Notes: generated from the sequence alone by a model not told the origin. DNA of 64,000 nt from an uncultured Chloroflexia bacterium (GCA_963746845.1 CAVVCZ010000004.1:512001-576000); one strand, 5' to 3'; shown: positions 1 to 9,937, numbered from the stretch's first letter. Numbers and translations are program-made.

Positions 1-1200
1 GTCGGCCGCGGCCCTCGCCGCGGCGAGCGCTTCCGCCGCCGCCCCGGCATCGGCCGCGGCCTTCTCCCGCGTCTGCCGGTCTGCATCGGCCGCGGCCTTC
101 TCCTGCGCTTGCCGGTCCGCCTCGGCCTTGGCGGCAGCGATCGCCGCCGCCTCCGCGGCCTCCTTCGCGACCCGATCCGCTTCGGCCTGCTCCTGCGCCC
201 GCCTGTCGTCCTCGGTCGGGGCGTCTGCCAGCTCCGCGAGCAGCCGCTTGGCCCCCGACGACACCTTCTGGCTATCGTCCGCCGCGAGGCCCTCGATGGC
301 CAGCCGCGCGCTCGCGACCATCACGGGGTCGGCCGACGCCGCCAGCGTCCCGAGCTCCGTCAGTGCTGCGAGCCGATGGACCGTGTCGGGGCTGGTGAGC
401 AGGGTCCGGACGTCCTCCGGGAGCTGCTCGATGCTCCCGGCGGGACGGGCGCTGCGGGCGATCATCCAGTCGCCCTCGGCGTTGAACTCCCACTTGGTGG
501 GCGTCTGCCCCGGCGACGCCTCGCGCACCTTGTCCGCGAGGTACTCGAACAGCTCGTTGATCGTGACGGCGCCGTCCCGGTTCCGGTCGGCCTCGCCGGA
601 CTTCAGCCCATCGACGAGGGCCTTCGTGAAGACCGACGGCTCGGGCGTGCCGACGCGGTTCCCGCTCTCGAATGCGTACTGGACCGCGTTCGATGCCGTA
701 ATGACGACGCGGCCGGTCCCGCCGGGCCCGCCGAGATGCTCCTTGATGCCCGGCGAGTCGATGCCTACACGGTGGACCATGCCCGCTGCGAAGGCCCCGC
801 CGAAGCAGCAGTCGAGGAAGATGGCGATCTTCTCGGACCGGCAGTCGTTCATGAGCTGGCGGAGCCAGTCCGTGTCGAGCGCCGTCGCCTTCAGCAGCCC
901 GACCTCCGTGTCCGAAGCGGCCAGGTACAGCTGCCCGGATTCGTCCTTGAGGCCGTGGCAGGAGAAGTGAACCAGCAACAGGTCGTCGCGGTCCCGATGC
1001 GCGAAGAACGCCTCCAGCGTCTTGCGGAGTGCCTGCACCTTCGAGTTCAGTGCCACCTGGACGTCGAACGCACCGATCTCGTCGTCGCCGAGGACCTTCC
1101 GGAGGGCACTGGCATCCTGACGTGGCGCGTCGAGCGGCGGCAGTCGGGTGTCGCTGTACCGGTTGGTCGCGACGACGAGGGCGTGTCGGGCTTCGACCAC
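1..1200 (-). CDS. Caspase-family (peptidase C14) protein with HEAT-like segment and Ala-rich coiled coil; runs off the left edge of the window
   Basis: Manual translation from GTG at 1200 with GGAG RBS upstream: MVEARHALVVATNRY...LLLVHFSCHGLKD (catalytic His-Gly)...IAIFLDCCFGG (catalytic Cys)...SVFTKALVDGL..ADRNRDGAVTINEL..GQTP. Not in the ORF track because there is no stop codon inside the window. Confidence 0.9.
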   Translation of the reverse strand, partial: MVEARHALVVATNRYSDTRLPPLDAPRQDASALRKVLGDDEIGAFDVQVALNSKVQALRKTLEAFFAHRDRDDLLLVHFSCHGLKDESGQLYLAASDTEVGLLKATALDTDWLRQLMNDCRSEKIAIFLDCCFGGAFAAGMVHRVGIDSPGIKEHLGGPGGTGRVVITASNAVQYAFESGNRVGTPEPSVFTKALVDGLKSGEADRNRDGAVTINELFEYLADKVREASPGQTPTKWEFNAEGDWMIARSARPAGSIEQLPEDVRTLLTSPDTVHRLAALTELGTLAASADPVMVASARLAIEGLAADDSQKVSSGAKRLLAELADAPTEDDRRAQEQAEADRVAKEAAEAAAIAAAKAEADRQAQEKAAADADRQTREKAAADAGAAAEALAAARAAAD

Positions 1201-1364
1201 GACGGGGCTCCATGTCCGGCAGGCACGACCGAGCGCCGGCGACACCCGGGTCTCTGCCACGGTCGTTGTACGTGTCGCGCGTCTCGGACCCGTCACGCCG
1301 CGATGCGCCGCGGTCGCGGGTTCCGCTACGCTGCGTCACCGACGGCCGGATCGGGAGCGAACCT

Positions 1365-4300
1365 GTGATCTGCTCGAGCTGCGGGTCGGAGAACCTGCCG
1401 GGACAGCGGTTCTGCGGAAGCTGCGGGACGCCGCAGGCGGTGGCGTGCACCGTGTGCGGCTCGGCGAACCCTGCCGGCCAGCGGTTCTGCGGCAGCTGCG
1501 GGACGGAGCTGGCCGGGTCGGCCGGCGAGACCCGGCCTGCGGCGGCAGCCGGCGCCGCCGCGACGCCCGGCGCCGAGCGGCGGCTCGTGAGCGTCCTCTT
1601 CGCCGATCTCGTCGGCTTCACGCCGTTCGCCGAGGAACAGGACGCCGAGGACGTCCGGGAGACGCTGACGCGCTACTTCGCGATCGCCACCCGGATCGTC
1701 GAGCGCTACGGCGGCACGATCGAGAAGTTCATCGGCGACGCGGTGATGGCCGTCTGGGGTGCTCCGACCGCCCGCGAGGACGATGCGGAGCGCGCCGTGC
1801 GGGCCGGGCTGGACCTGGTCGACGCGGTCCAGGAGCTGGGCCCCGGGATCGCCGCTCGCGCCGGCGTCATGACCGGCGAAGCGGCGGTGACGATCGGGCA
1901 GGTCAACCAGGGAATGGTCGCAGGCGACCTCGTGAACACGGCCGCCCGCGTGCAGTCCGTCGCGCCGCCCGGTGGGGTGCTCGTCGGCGAGGCGACGATG
2001 CGAGCCGCCGGCGCCGCGATCACGTTCGAGGCGGCCGGGGACCAGACCCTGAAGGGCAAGTCGAGCCCGGTCGCGACGTGGCGCGCCGTCCGCGTCGTCG
2101 CGCAACGGGGCGGCCACGGCCGGAGCGACCTGCCCGAGCCGCCGTTCGTCGGTCGCGAGGACGAGCTCCGGCTGCTCAAGGACCTCGTCGGGAGCGGGGA
2201 TCGGCGCACGCAGCTGGTCTCGATCACCGGACCCGGCGGGATCGGCAAGAGCCGGCTCGCATGGGAGCTGGAGAAGTACATCGACGGGATCGCCGGCGAC
2301 GTCTACTGGCACCGCGGCCGCTCGCCGTCGTTCGGTGACGGGATCACCTTCTGGGCCCTCGGCGAGATGGTCCGCCGGCGCGCCGGTCTGGCCGAGGACG
2401 ACGACGCCGACACGTCACGGGCGCGGATCCACGCCACGGTCGCCGAGTACGTGACCGAGGACGACGATCGTCGCTGGGTCGAGCCCGCGCTCCTGACGCT
2501 CCTCGGCGTCGAGCCCTCGCCGGCCGGCGGGCGCGACGTGCTGTTCGCGGCGTGGCGGATCTTCTTCGAGCGGATCGCCGAGCGGGGCCCGACGATCCTC
2601 CTGTTCGAGGACCTCCAGTGGGCCGACTCGGGGCTGCTCGACTTCATCGAGCATCTCCTCGAGTGGTCGCGCGGCGTCCCGCTGCTCGTCGTGACGCTCG
2701 CCCGGCCGGAGCTGTTCGACCGGCGACCCGACTGGGGCGCGGCAACGCGCCAGCTGACCCGGCTCGACCTCGAGCCACTGGGCGACGACGCGATGCGCCG
2801 GCTCCTCGCCGGGTTCGTGCCCGGTCTGCCCGATGCCGCGGCCGACGCGATCATCGGCCGCGCCGACGGTGTCCCGCTGTACGCGGTCGAGATCGTGCGG
2901 TCGCTCGTCGCCGATGGCCGGATCGAGCTCGTCGACGGGGTCTACCGGCCGGTCGGAGAGCTCGGCCTCCTGTCGGTGCCGGACACGCTCCGGAGCCTGA
3001 TCGCGTCGCGCCTCGACACCCTCGATCCGGCCGATCGGAGTCTCGTCGCCGACGCCTCGGTCCTGGGGCAGGTGTTCACGACGAGCGGGCTGGCCGCGAT
3101 GTCCGGCGTCGCGCCCGAGACCCTCGCGATTCGGCTCCGCTTCCTCGTCCGCCGGCAGCTCTTCGACATCGAGGTCGATCCGGCCTCACCGGAGCGAGGG
3201 CAGTACCGGTTCGTCCAGTCGCTGATCCGGGAGGTTGCCTACGCGACGCTGGCGCGCCGGGAGCGGCGCGACCGGCATCTCACCGCGGCGCGGTTCTATG
3301 AGTCCCTCGGCGACGAGGAGCTGGCCGGGGCGCTGGCCAATCACTACGTCTCGGCCCACGCGGCGTCCGAGCCCGGACCAGAAGCGAACGCGGTCGCCGT
3401 TCAGGCCCGGCTGGCACTGGGTGCCGCGGCGGATCGGGCGGTCGACCTCGGCGCGCACGACCAGGCGATCTCGTACCTTCGGGCCGCGATCGCGATCACG
3501 ACCGACCCGCGCGATCGTGGCCACCTCCTCCTGCGCGCGGCCGAGTCGGCCCGGCCGGCCGCGGACATGCCCGCCGCGGAGGCGTTCGCCGAGGAGGCCC
3601 GCGCGATCGCGGCCGCATCTGACGACCCGGAGGCGGCGGCGCTCGCGACCGCGCTCCTCGGCGAGATCCTGATCGACAACGGACGGGTCGATCGTGCGGT
3701 GGTCCTGCTCGAGGAGACGATCGCGGGTCTTCCCGCCACGATTTCGGATGTCACCCGGGCCGGCCTGTACACGACCCTGTCACACGCCCTGATGCGGACG
3801 GGTGCGTCCGATGTCTGCATCGAGGCGGCCGACAAGGCGCTGGCCATCGCCGAGCACCTCGACCTCGAACTCATCGTGTCGGAGGCCCTGAACAACAAGG
3901 GGTCGGCCCTCGGCTACCTGGGCCGACGACGCGAGGCCCTCGCGCTGCTGCGAGCGGCCGTGGACATCGCCCGAGCCAACGGCTACGTGGCATCAGAGAT
4001 CCGCGCCCTGATGAACGTGTCCGCGTCCGAGGAGGACGTCCTCGTCGCCCACGACGTCTGTGTCGAGGCATTCGAGCTCGCGATCCGGGTCGGCAACCGC
4101 TCGCTCGCCTGCTGGACGCTCGAGAGCCGGCGGTTCAACGCCTACTGGCGCGGCGACAACTGGGACGACGCCCTGGCGCACGACGTCTTCACCGAGCTCG
4201 ATCTCGGCGGCGGTTCGCTCGCCGACCTCGACGCGATCCGGTCGCTCTGGTTCACGGGTCTGCTGGCCGGAGCGCGCGGAGTGGCCACGGACGATCTCAT

Positions 4301-4889
4301 CGATCGGGCCGCTGAACATGCGGCTCGAGTGTCCGATCCGCTGGCCGTCTCGTGCCTGCAGATCCTCCGGTCCGAGCGGTTCCTGTTCGCGGGCGAGTTC
4401 CGTGCCGCGTTCGACGGGGCCATCTGGGAGAGCGGATACGCGGACTCGATCCCATTGCACGTGCTGCTCACCGCACGCGCGGCTCTGTGGGCCGGCGACC
4501 TCGACCGCGCGCACGACGTCGTTCGGCTCGCGACGGGCGTCGCCATGTCGGACTCGTTCCTCCTGGCCTGCCGAGGCGTCGCCGACGCCGCAGTTGCGGC
4601 GCTCGAGGGCCGACCGGATGAGGCGCTCACCGAATACCGATCCGCGATCGCCGCGATGTTCCGGATCCACGCGGACTTCACGGCCGCCTGTGTGTGCCTG
4701 GACCTGGTCGTCGCCCTCGGCCCGGCGCATCCCGCCGCCGGCGACGCCGCCGCGAACGCCCGTCGGATCTTCGAGCGTTGTGGGGCCCGGGCCTATCTCG
4801 AGCGCCTGGACACCGCGCTCGCCGGCGACGGGGTCGTGGTGGCGCGACCGACCGGGACGGCGATACAATCGGGCGCCTTGGCGGAGTAG
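1365..4889 (+). CDS. Double zinc-ribbon + class III adenylate/guanylate cyclase + AAA (STAND-like) ATPase + TPR-like protein
   Basis: GTG at 1365 after GGGAG. CSSCG..FCGSCG..CTVCG..FCGSCG ribbons; cyclase motifs VLFADLVGFT, IEKFIGDAVMA, GDLVNTAAR; Walker A GPGGIGKS; Walker B LLFEDLQWAD; helical C-terminal half. Confidence 0.9.
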   Translation: MICSSCGSENLPGQRFCGSCGTPQAVACTVCGSANPAGQRFCGSCGTELAGSAGETRPAAAAGAAATPGAERRLVSVLFADLVGFTPFAEEQDAEDVRETLTRYFAIATRIVERYGGTIEKFIGDAVMAVWGAPTAREDDAERAVRAGLDLVDAVQELGPGIAARAGVMTGEAAVTIGQVNQGMVAGDLVNTAARVQSVAPPGGVLVGEATMRAAGAAITFEAAGDQTLKGKSSPVATWRAVRVVAQRGGHGRSDLPEPPFVGREDELRLLKDLVGSGDRRTQLVSITGPGGIGKSRLAWELEKYIDGIAGDVYWHRGRSPSFGDGITFWALGEMVRRRAGLAEDDDADTSRARIHATVAEYVTEDDDRRWVEPALLTLLGVEPSPAGGRDVLFAAWRIFFERIAERGPTILLFEDLQWADSGLLDFIEHLLEWSRGVPLLVVTLARPELFDRRPDWGAATRQLTRLDLEPLGDDAMRRLLAGFVPGLPDAAADAIIGRADGVPLYAVEIVRSLVADGRIELVDGVYRPVGELGLLSVPDTLRSLIASRLDTLDPADRSLVADASVLGQVFTTSGLAAMSGVAPETLAIRLRFLVRRQLFDIEVDPASPERGQYRFVQSLIREVAYATLARRERRDRHLTAARFYESLGDEELAGALANHYVSAHAASEPGPEANAVAVQARLALGAAADRAVDLGAHDQAISYLRAAIAITTDPRDRGHLLLRAAESARPAADMPAAEAFAEEARAIAAASDDPEAAALATALLGEILIDNGRVDRAVVLLEETIAGLPATISDVTRAGLYTTLSHALMRTGASDVCIEAADKALAIAEHLDLELIVSEALNNKGSALGYLGRRREALALLRAAVDIARANGYVASEIRALMNVSASEEDVLVAHDVCVEAFELAIRVGNRSLACWTLESRRFNAYWRGDNWDDALAHDVFTELDLGGGSLADLDAIRSLWFTGLLAGARGVATDDLIDRAAEHAARVSDPLAVSCLQILRSERFLFAGEFRAAFDGAIWESGYADSIPLHVLLTARAALWAGDLDRAHDVVRLATGVAMSDSFLLACRGVADAAVAALEGRPDEALTEYRSAIAAMFRIHADFTAACVCLDLVVALGPAHPAAGDAAANARRIFERCGARAYLERLDTALAGDGVVVARPTGTAIQSGALAE
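4864..4869 (+). promoter_or_regulatory. Probable -10 element (TACAAT) of the tRNA gene, inside the cyclase CDS
   Basis: TACAAT ends 10 nt before the tRNA 5' end. Confidence 0.55.
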
Positions 4890-4954
4890 CTCAGTGGTAG
4901 AGCAGGGGACTCATAAGCCCTTGGTCGGTGGTTCAAATCCGCCCTCCGCTACCA
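4880..4954 (+). tRNA. tRNA-Met (anticodon CAT), probably elongator
   Basis: Acceptor stem GGCGGAG/CTCCGCT, D arm GCTC-AGTGGTA-GAGC, anticodon loop CTCATAA, T loop TTCAAAT, encoded ACCA end. No C1:A72 initiator mismatch. tRNA-Ile2 is not fully excluded. Confidence 0.92.
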
Positions 4955-5110
4955 CCTCGATCCACTCGGACGCCCGGCACCGGACCCGGTGACCGGGCGT
5001 CGTGCCGTCGATGGACGGCCCGTGCATCCGTGACGGCGATCCGGGCGAATCCACGAGTGAGCGCCTGACGACCCGGACCTTGGTCTCATGGGACCGTCAC
5101 GATGCGGCGC

Positions 5111-5116
5111 TATACT
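5111..5116 (+). promoter_or_regulatory. Probable -10 element (TATACT) upstream of ftsH
   Basis: Near-consensus hexamer about 50 nt upstream of the TTG start; GGAGG RBS at 5156-5160. Confidence 0.5.
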
Positions 5117-5165
5117 CGATCGGCTGGCTGCCGCGCGGCGGCGCCACTCATTCCCGGAGGCTCCG

Positions 5166-7079
5166 TTGAATTCCAGGTTCTTCCGCAACGGCGTGGTGAT
5201 GCTGGCCCTGGTGGTCGTCGCCCTCGCCGTTGTCTTCACGGTGGTCAACCAGACCTCGCCGAGCAACGACATCCCCTACTCGAAGTTCCTCGACAACGTC
5301 GCGGCGGGCAAGGTGACGACAGTCGAGCAGGAAGCCTCGACGCTGACCGTCACCCCGAGCGACGGCTCCGCGAAGTACACCGTCGTCGTCCCCGGCCTGC
5401 TGGCTGATCAGGTCCTCAATGACATGCGGACCGCGGCCGCGGGCAAGGTGCCGGTCCCCACGTTCGGGGCGAAACCCGCGCCGGACAACGGCTGGATCAG
5501 CATCCTGATCACGGGTCTCCTGCCGATCCTGATCATCGGCGGGTTCATCTTCTTCATGATGAGACAGGCCCAGGGCACCAACAACCAGGCGCTGTCCTTC
5601 GGGAAGTCGCGGGCCCGGATGTTCCTCGGCAACAAGACCGTCGTCACCTTCGCCGATGTGGCGGGCGTGGACGAGGCGAAGACCGAGCTCCAGGAGGTCG
5701 TCGAGTTCCTGAAGTACCCCGAGAAGTTCAACTCGCTCGGGGCGCGGATCCCGCGCGGCGTGCTCCTCGTCGGACCTCCGGGAACGGGCAAGACGCTGAT
5801 GGCGCGCGCCGTCGCCGGTGAGGCCGGGGTGCCGTTCTTCAGCATCTCCGGCTCGGAGTTCGTCGAGATGTTCGTCGGCGTCGGCGCGAGCCGCGTCCGC
5901 GACCTGTTCGACCAGGCCAAGCGCAACTCGCCGTGCATCGTCTTCGTCGACGAGATCGACGCGGTCGGTCGCCAGCGTGGCGCCGGCCTCGGTGGCTCCC
6001 ATGACGAGCGCGAGCAGACCCTGAACCAGATCCTCGTCGAGATGGACGGCTTCGACACGAACACGAACGTGATCGTCGTCGCCGCCACGAACCGGCCGGA
6101 CGTCCTCGACCCGGCGCTCCTGCGCCCCGGTCGGTTCGACCGTCAGGTCATCCTCGACCGGCCGGACATGAAGGGTCGCGTCGCGATCCTCAAGGTCCAC
6201 ACGAAGGGCAAGCCACTCGACAAGGCCGTCGACGTCGAGGGCGTCGCGCGCCTCTCGCCGGGCTTCTCCGGCGCGGACCTTGCGAACCTCGTCAACGAGG
6301 CGGCGATCCTGTCGGCGCGCCGCAACAAGAAGGTCATCGGGATGACGGAGTTCACCGAGGCCCTCGAGCGGATCGTCGCGGGGCCAGAGCGGAAGTCGCG
6401 GATCATCTCGGACGCCGAGAAGGCGATCATCGCCTACCACGAGGGCGGCCACGCGGTCGTCCAGCGGATCCTCCCGAAGTGCGATCCGGTGGCCAAGGTC
6501 ACGATCATCAGCCGCGGCATGGCCCTCGGGTACACGATGGCCCTGCCGACCGAGGACCGCTATCTCCAGTCCAAGACCGAGTTCGAGGACAAGATCGCGG
6601 GGCTCCTCGGCGGGAACGCCTCGGAGCGGCTCGTCTTCGGGGACACGACGACGGGCGCCAGCAACGACATCGAGAAGGCGACCGACCTGGCCCGCCGGAT
6701 GGTCACCGAGTTCGGGATGAGCGATCGTCTCGGCCCGTTGTCCTTCGGCAAGCGCGACGAGCTCGTGTTCCTCGGACGCGAGATCGGCGAGCAGCGGAAC
6801 TACTCCGACGAGGTCGCCAAGCAGATCGACGAGGAGGTCCGGGCGATCATCGATCACGCCTACGAGCGGGCGATGGACGTCCTGGTCACCCACCGCGACA
6901 AGCTGAACGCGCTGGCGGAGAAGCTCGTCGCGGAGGAGACGGTCGATGCCGAGGGCTTCGAGGCCCTCTTCACGGATATCCCGCCGAAGTCGGGGCTCCG
7001 GGACGCACCCCCGCTCATCGTGGGCCCGAACCAACCGACCCCGGGCGCCCAACCCGCCCCGAGCCCGTCGCCGGCCTGA
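5166..7079 (+). CDS. ftsH: ATP-dependent zinc metalloprotease FtsH
   Basis: Two N-terminal TM segments, [28 protein letters not shown] zinc motif; TTG start after GGAGG. Confidence 0.97.
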   Translation: MNSRFFRNGVVMLALVVVALAVVFTVVNQTSPSNDIPYSKFLDNVAAGKVTTVEQEASTLTVTPSDGSAKYTVVVPGLLADQVLNDMRTAAAGKVPVPTFGAKPAPDNGWISILITGLLPILIIGGFIFFMMRQAQGTNNQALSFGKSRARMFLGNKTVVTFADVAGVDEAKTELQEVVEFLKYPEKFNSLGARIPRGVLLVGPPGTGKTLMARAVAGEAGVPFFSISGSEFVEMFVGVGASRVRDLFDQAKRNSPCIVFVDEIDAVGRQRGAGLGGSHDEREQTLNQILVEMDGFDTNTNVIVVAATNRPDVLDPALLRPGRFDRQVILDRPDMKGRVAILKVHTKGKPLDKAVDVEGVARLSPGFSGADLANLVNEAAILSARRNKKVIGMTEFTEALERIVAGPERKSRIISDAEKAIIAYHEGGHAVVQRILPKCDPVAKVTIISRGMALGYTMALPTEDRYLQSKTEFEDKIAGLLGGNASERLVFGDTTTGASNDIEKATDLARRMVTEFGMSDRLGPLSFGKRDELVFLGREIGEQRNYSDEVAKQIDEEVRAIIDHAYERAMDVLVTHRDKLNALAEKLVAEETVDAEGFEALFTDIPPKSGLRDAPPLIVGPNQPTPGAQPAPSPSPA

Positions 7080-7190
7080 CCGCCGGGCGACTCGCCCCAC
7101 CAGCGTCACCTTCGATCCCGGGCCGATGGCCCGGGATCGTTGCATCCGTCGTCCGGCGGCCATGGGCCCGGCCCACGTACCATCGCGCGC

Positions 7191-8600
7191 ATGACCACCA
7201 CCAACCCCGCCACCATCGACCCCGTCGTCGACGCCTGGCTCGACGGCCACGCCGGGGAGCGCCTGGAGTCGTACAAGGCCTTCCTGCGCATCCCGAGCAT
7301 CTCGGCGCTCCCCGAGCACGCCGACGACTGCCGGCACGCCGCCGAGTGGATCGCCGACGACCTGCGCCGGATCGGCGTCGAGCACGTCGAGGTCGCCACG
7401 ACCGAGGGTCACCCGATCGTCTACGGCGACTGGCTCCACGCTCCGGGCGCCCCGACCGCCCTCGTCTACTGCCACTACGACGTCCAGCCGGTCGACCCGG
7501 TCGAACTGTGGGACTCGCCGCCGTTCGAGCCGGCTGTCGTGGACGGCCGGATGCTCGCCCGCGGTGCGTCGGACGACAAGGGCCAGATCCACATGCATCT
7601 CCGCGCCGCGGAGGCACTCCTGGCGACCCACGGGGCAATCCCGATCAACCTGAAGTTCGTCTTCGAGGGCGAGGAGGAATCGAGCAGCGCCCATCTCGAT
7701 GCCTGGCTCGAGACGAACCGCGAGCGCGTGGCCGCGGACGTCGCGATCATCAGCGACACGGGCTTCTTCGAGGGCAACGTCCCGGCGATCACCGTCGGCC
7801 TGCGGGGCCTGATGTACGCCCAGATCGACGTCGTCGGCACGGCCGTCGACCTCCACTCCGGCGGTTTCGGCGGGGCCGTCCAGAACCCGGCCAACGCCCT
7901 CGCGACGATCATCGCCGCGCTGAAGGGTCCGGACGGCCGGATCCTCGTCCCGGGCTTCTACGACGACGTCCTGCCGCTGTCCGCCGACGACCGGGCCCAC
8001 TTCGCGGCCCTGCCGTTCGACGAGGCCGTCTACCTCGATCACCTCGGCCTGCCCGAGCTGTTCGGCGAGGTGGGCTACACGACACTCGAGCGACGCGGCG
8101 GCCGACCGAGCCTCGACGTGAACGGGTTGTGGGGCGGGTTCCAGGGCGAGGGGTCGAAGACGATCATCCCCGCCCACGCGCACGCGAAGGTCAGCTGCCG
8201 GCTCGTCGCCGACCAGGACCCGACGCGGATCTTCGAGGCCCTCCGGGCCTACGTGGCGCAGATCGCCCCGCCGGGGGTGACGACGACCGTGCGCTCGCTG
8301 GGCGGCGGCCGGCCGAGCCTGACCCCGGTCGACCATCCGGTGACGCAGGCGGCGGCCCGTGCCCTCGAGGCGACGTTCGGGCAGCCGCCGGTCTTCGTCC
8401 GTGAGGGCGGCTCGATCCCGGTCTGCGCGTCGTTCGAGTCGATCCTCGACGAGCCGGTCGTGCTCATCGGGTTCGCGCCTGCCGACGGCCATGCCCACGC
8501 CCCGAACGAGTGGATGGACCTCGGCAACTACGAGACCGGGATCCGCACGATCGTCCGTCTCTGGGACGAGATCGCCGCCCTCCCGACGCTCGAGACGTAG
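7191..8600 (+). CDS. M20-family dipeptidase (ArgE/DapE-like)
   Basis: HYDVQP, ARGASDDKG, FEGEEE, DLHSG, HAPNE motifs. Confidence 0.92.
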   Translation: MTTTNPATIDPVVDAWLDGHAGERLESYKAFLRIPSISALPEHADDCRHAAEWIADDLRRIGVEHVEVATTEGHPIVYGDWLHAPGAPTALVYCHYDVQPVDPVELWDSPPFEPAVVDGRMLARGASDDKGQIHMHLRAAEALLATHGAIPINLKFVFEGEEESSSAHLDAWLETNRERVAADVAIISDTGFFEGNVPAITVGLRGLMYAQIDVVGTAVDLHSGGFGGAVQNPANALATIIAALKGPDGRILVPGFYDDVLPLSADDRAHFAALPFDEAVYLDHLGLPELFGEVGYTTLERRGGRPSLDVNGLWGGFQGEGSKTIIPAHAHAKVSCRLVADQDPTRIFEALRAYVAQIAPPGVTTTVRSLGGGRPSLTPVDHPVTQAAARALEATFGQPPVFVREGGSIPVCASFESILDEPVVLIGFAPADGHAHAPNEWMDLGNYETGIRTIVRLWDEIAALPTLET

Positions 8601-8698
8601 GACTTTCGGCCCTCCATCCCGTCCGCTTTCGGGCGGCTGCGCGGAAAAACCCCGGTGCTACGATGCAACCCGATGTCGTACCGGGAGGACGAGCGAGC

Positions 8699-9772
8699 GT
8701 GACCGAAACCGTCGATTCCACCGCCGCAGGACAGAGCTGGCGGCTGGACGCCGACACGGGCAGCATGGCGCCTCGATCGGCGCTGGACGTCCTCGTCGAC
8801 CTCAATGACAAGGTCGTGTCCGGCAAGGTCAGTGAATACCAGCCCGTCCCGCTCGGTTTCACGCCCCTCGACAAGACGATCGGCGCCGGCCTCCGGGCCG
8901 GTGAGCTGCTCCTCATCGGTGGTGCCCAGGGCACCGGCAAGACGACGATGGCCCTCCAGATGGCGCGCAACGTCGCCTCCGGTGGGCAGGCGAACGTCCT
9001 CTACATCTGCTTCGAGCACGACGAGCAGTACCTGCTCAACCGCCTGATCGCGATGGAGTCGGCGCTCGCCCACCTCCCGCACAAGACCGGCGCGATCAAG
9101 ATCCAGGACGTCCGCAAGGAGATCCTGGGCACATGGATGGCCGAGGGCGGCGGGGTCGCCCAGCTCGCGAGCAATCCGCGCCTCCGCCCGTCGCTTGACC
9201 GGATCGCCCGCTACGGCCAGAACCTGTTCCTGCTCCGTGGGTCGCAGACCGCGTCGACGGTCGAGAATATCCGCAAGCTCGTCCAGCAGCATCGGGAGCT
9301 GAGCGGCGACCGTCGGCTCGTCGTCTTCGTGGACTATCTCCAGAAGGTCCCCCAGATCCCGGAGCCGAACAGCGAGGTCGAGAAGGTCACGTACGTCGTG
9401 AACGGCCTCAAGGACGTCGCGCTGTCCGAGGACGTCCCGATGATCAGCATCGTGGCCGCCGACAAGGAGGGCCTGAAGGCGTCGCGCCTCCGGAACTTCC
9501 ACCTGCGCGGCTCGTCGGCGATCAACTACGAGGCCGACATCATCCTGATCCTCAACGAGAAGTACCACATCGTCGCCAAGGTCAACATCGAGTTCAACCC
9601 GTACCAGGCGCAGCGCTTCCGCGACTGGGTGGTGATCTCGGTCGAGAAGAACCGCGGCGGCCAGGACAACGTCGACCTCGAGTTCGAGAAGCACTTCGAG
9701 TTCTCCTGCTTCGACCCGAACGGTCGAACCGTCCAGGAGAAGCTGATCGAGGAGCGTCTCTACAACGACTGA
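8699..9772 (+). CDS. Stand-alone DnaB-helicase C-terminal-like (RecA-fold) ATPase
   Basis: GTG after GGAGGA. TPLDKTIGAGLRAGELLLIGGAQGTGKT (Walker A), VFVDYLQ (Walker B), LRGSSAINYEADIILIL, VEKNRGG. No DnaB N-terminal domain. Confidence 0.8.
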   Translation: MTETVDSTAAGQSWRLDADTGSMAPRSALDVLVDLNDKVVSGKVSEYQPVPLGFTPLDKTIGAGLRAGELLLIGGAQGTGKTTMALQMARNVASGGQANVLYICFEHDEQYLLNRLIAMESALAHLPHKTGAIKIQDVRKEILGTWMAEGGGVAQLASNPRLRPSLDRIARYGQNLFLLRGSQTASTVENIRKLVQQHRELSGDRRLVVFVDYLQKVPQIPEPNSEVEKVTYVVNGLKDVALSEDVPMISIVAADKEGLKASRLRNFHLRGSSAINYEADIILILNEKYHIVAKVNIEFNPYQAQRFRDWVVISVEKNRGGQDNVDLEFEKHFEFSCFDPNGRTVQEKLIEERLYND

Positions 9773-9794
9773 CGCTCCGCCGCGGCGTCACCCT

Positions 9795-9819
9795 CGACCC
9801 GGCCGACGCGGCCGGGTCG
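9795..9819 (+). terminator. Perfect 11-bp hairpin after the DnaB-like gene
   Basis: CGACCCGGCCG-acg-CGGCCGGGTCG; no U-tract. Confidence 0.45.
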
Positions 9820-9857
9820 CTGGATTCCCGGGCCCGTATCACAACCGGCGACCCACG

Positions 9858-9932
9858 TCTTCCACATTTCGTCCACACTCGGTTGCGTTTCGTGGACGAT
9901 TGCGGGGCACGACCTCGCAAACTCGTGGATAA
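9858..9932. promoter_or_regulatory. Cluster of four DnaA-box-like motifs
   Basis: TCTTCCACA (9858), TCGTCCACA (9869), reverse-complement TCGTCCACG (9891), reverse-complement TTATCCACG (9924), compared with consensus TT(A/G)TCCACA. Confidence 0.45.
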
Positions 9933-9937
9933 GGCCG

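Noticed and set aside
4880-4954. tRNA as an integration site for an island carrying the cyclase and caspase genes
   Set aside because: No duplicated tRNA fragment or integrase in the window, and the genes lie on the tRNA's 5' side.
5148-8498. Very long antisense and alternate-frame ORFs (e.g. 1116 aa here; also 19727-22708, 34101-37028, 41411-44911)
   Set aside because: Shadow ORFs caused by high GC and few stop codons; they overlap well-supported genes and have Arg/Pro/Gly-rich composition with no motifs.
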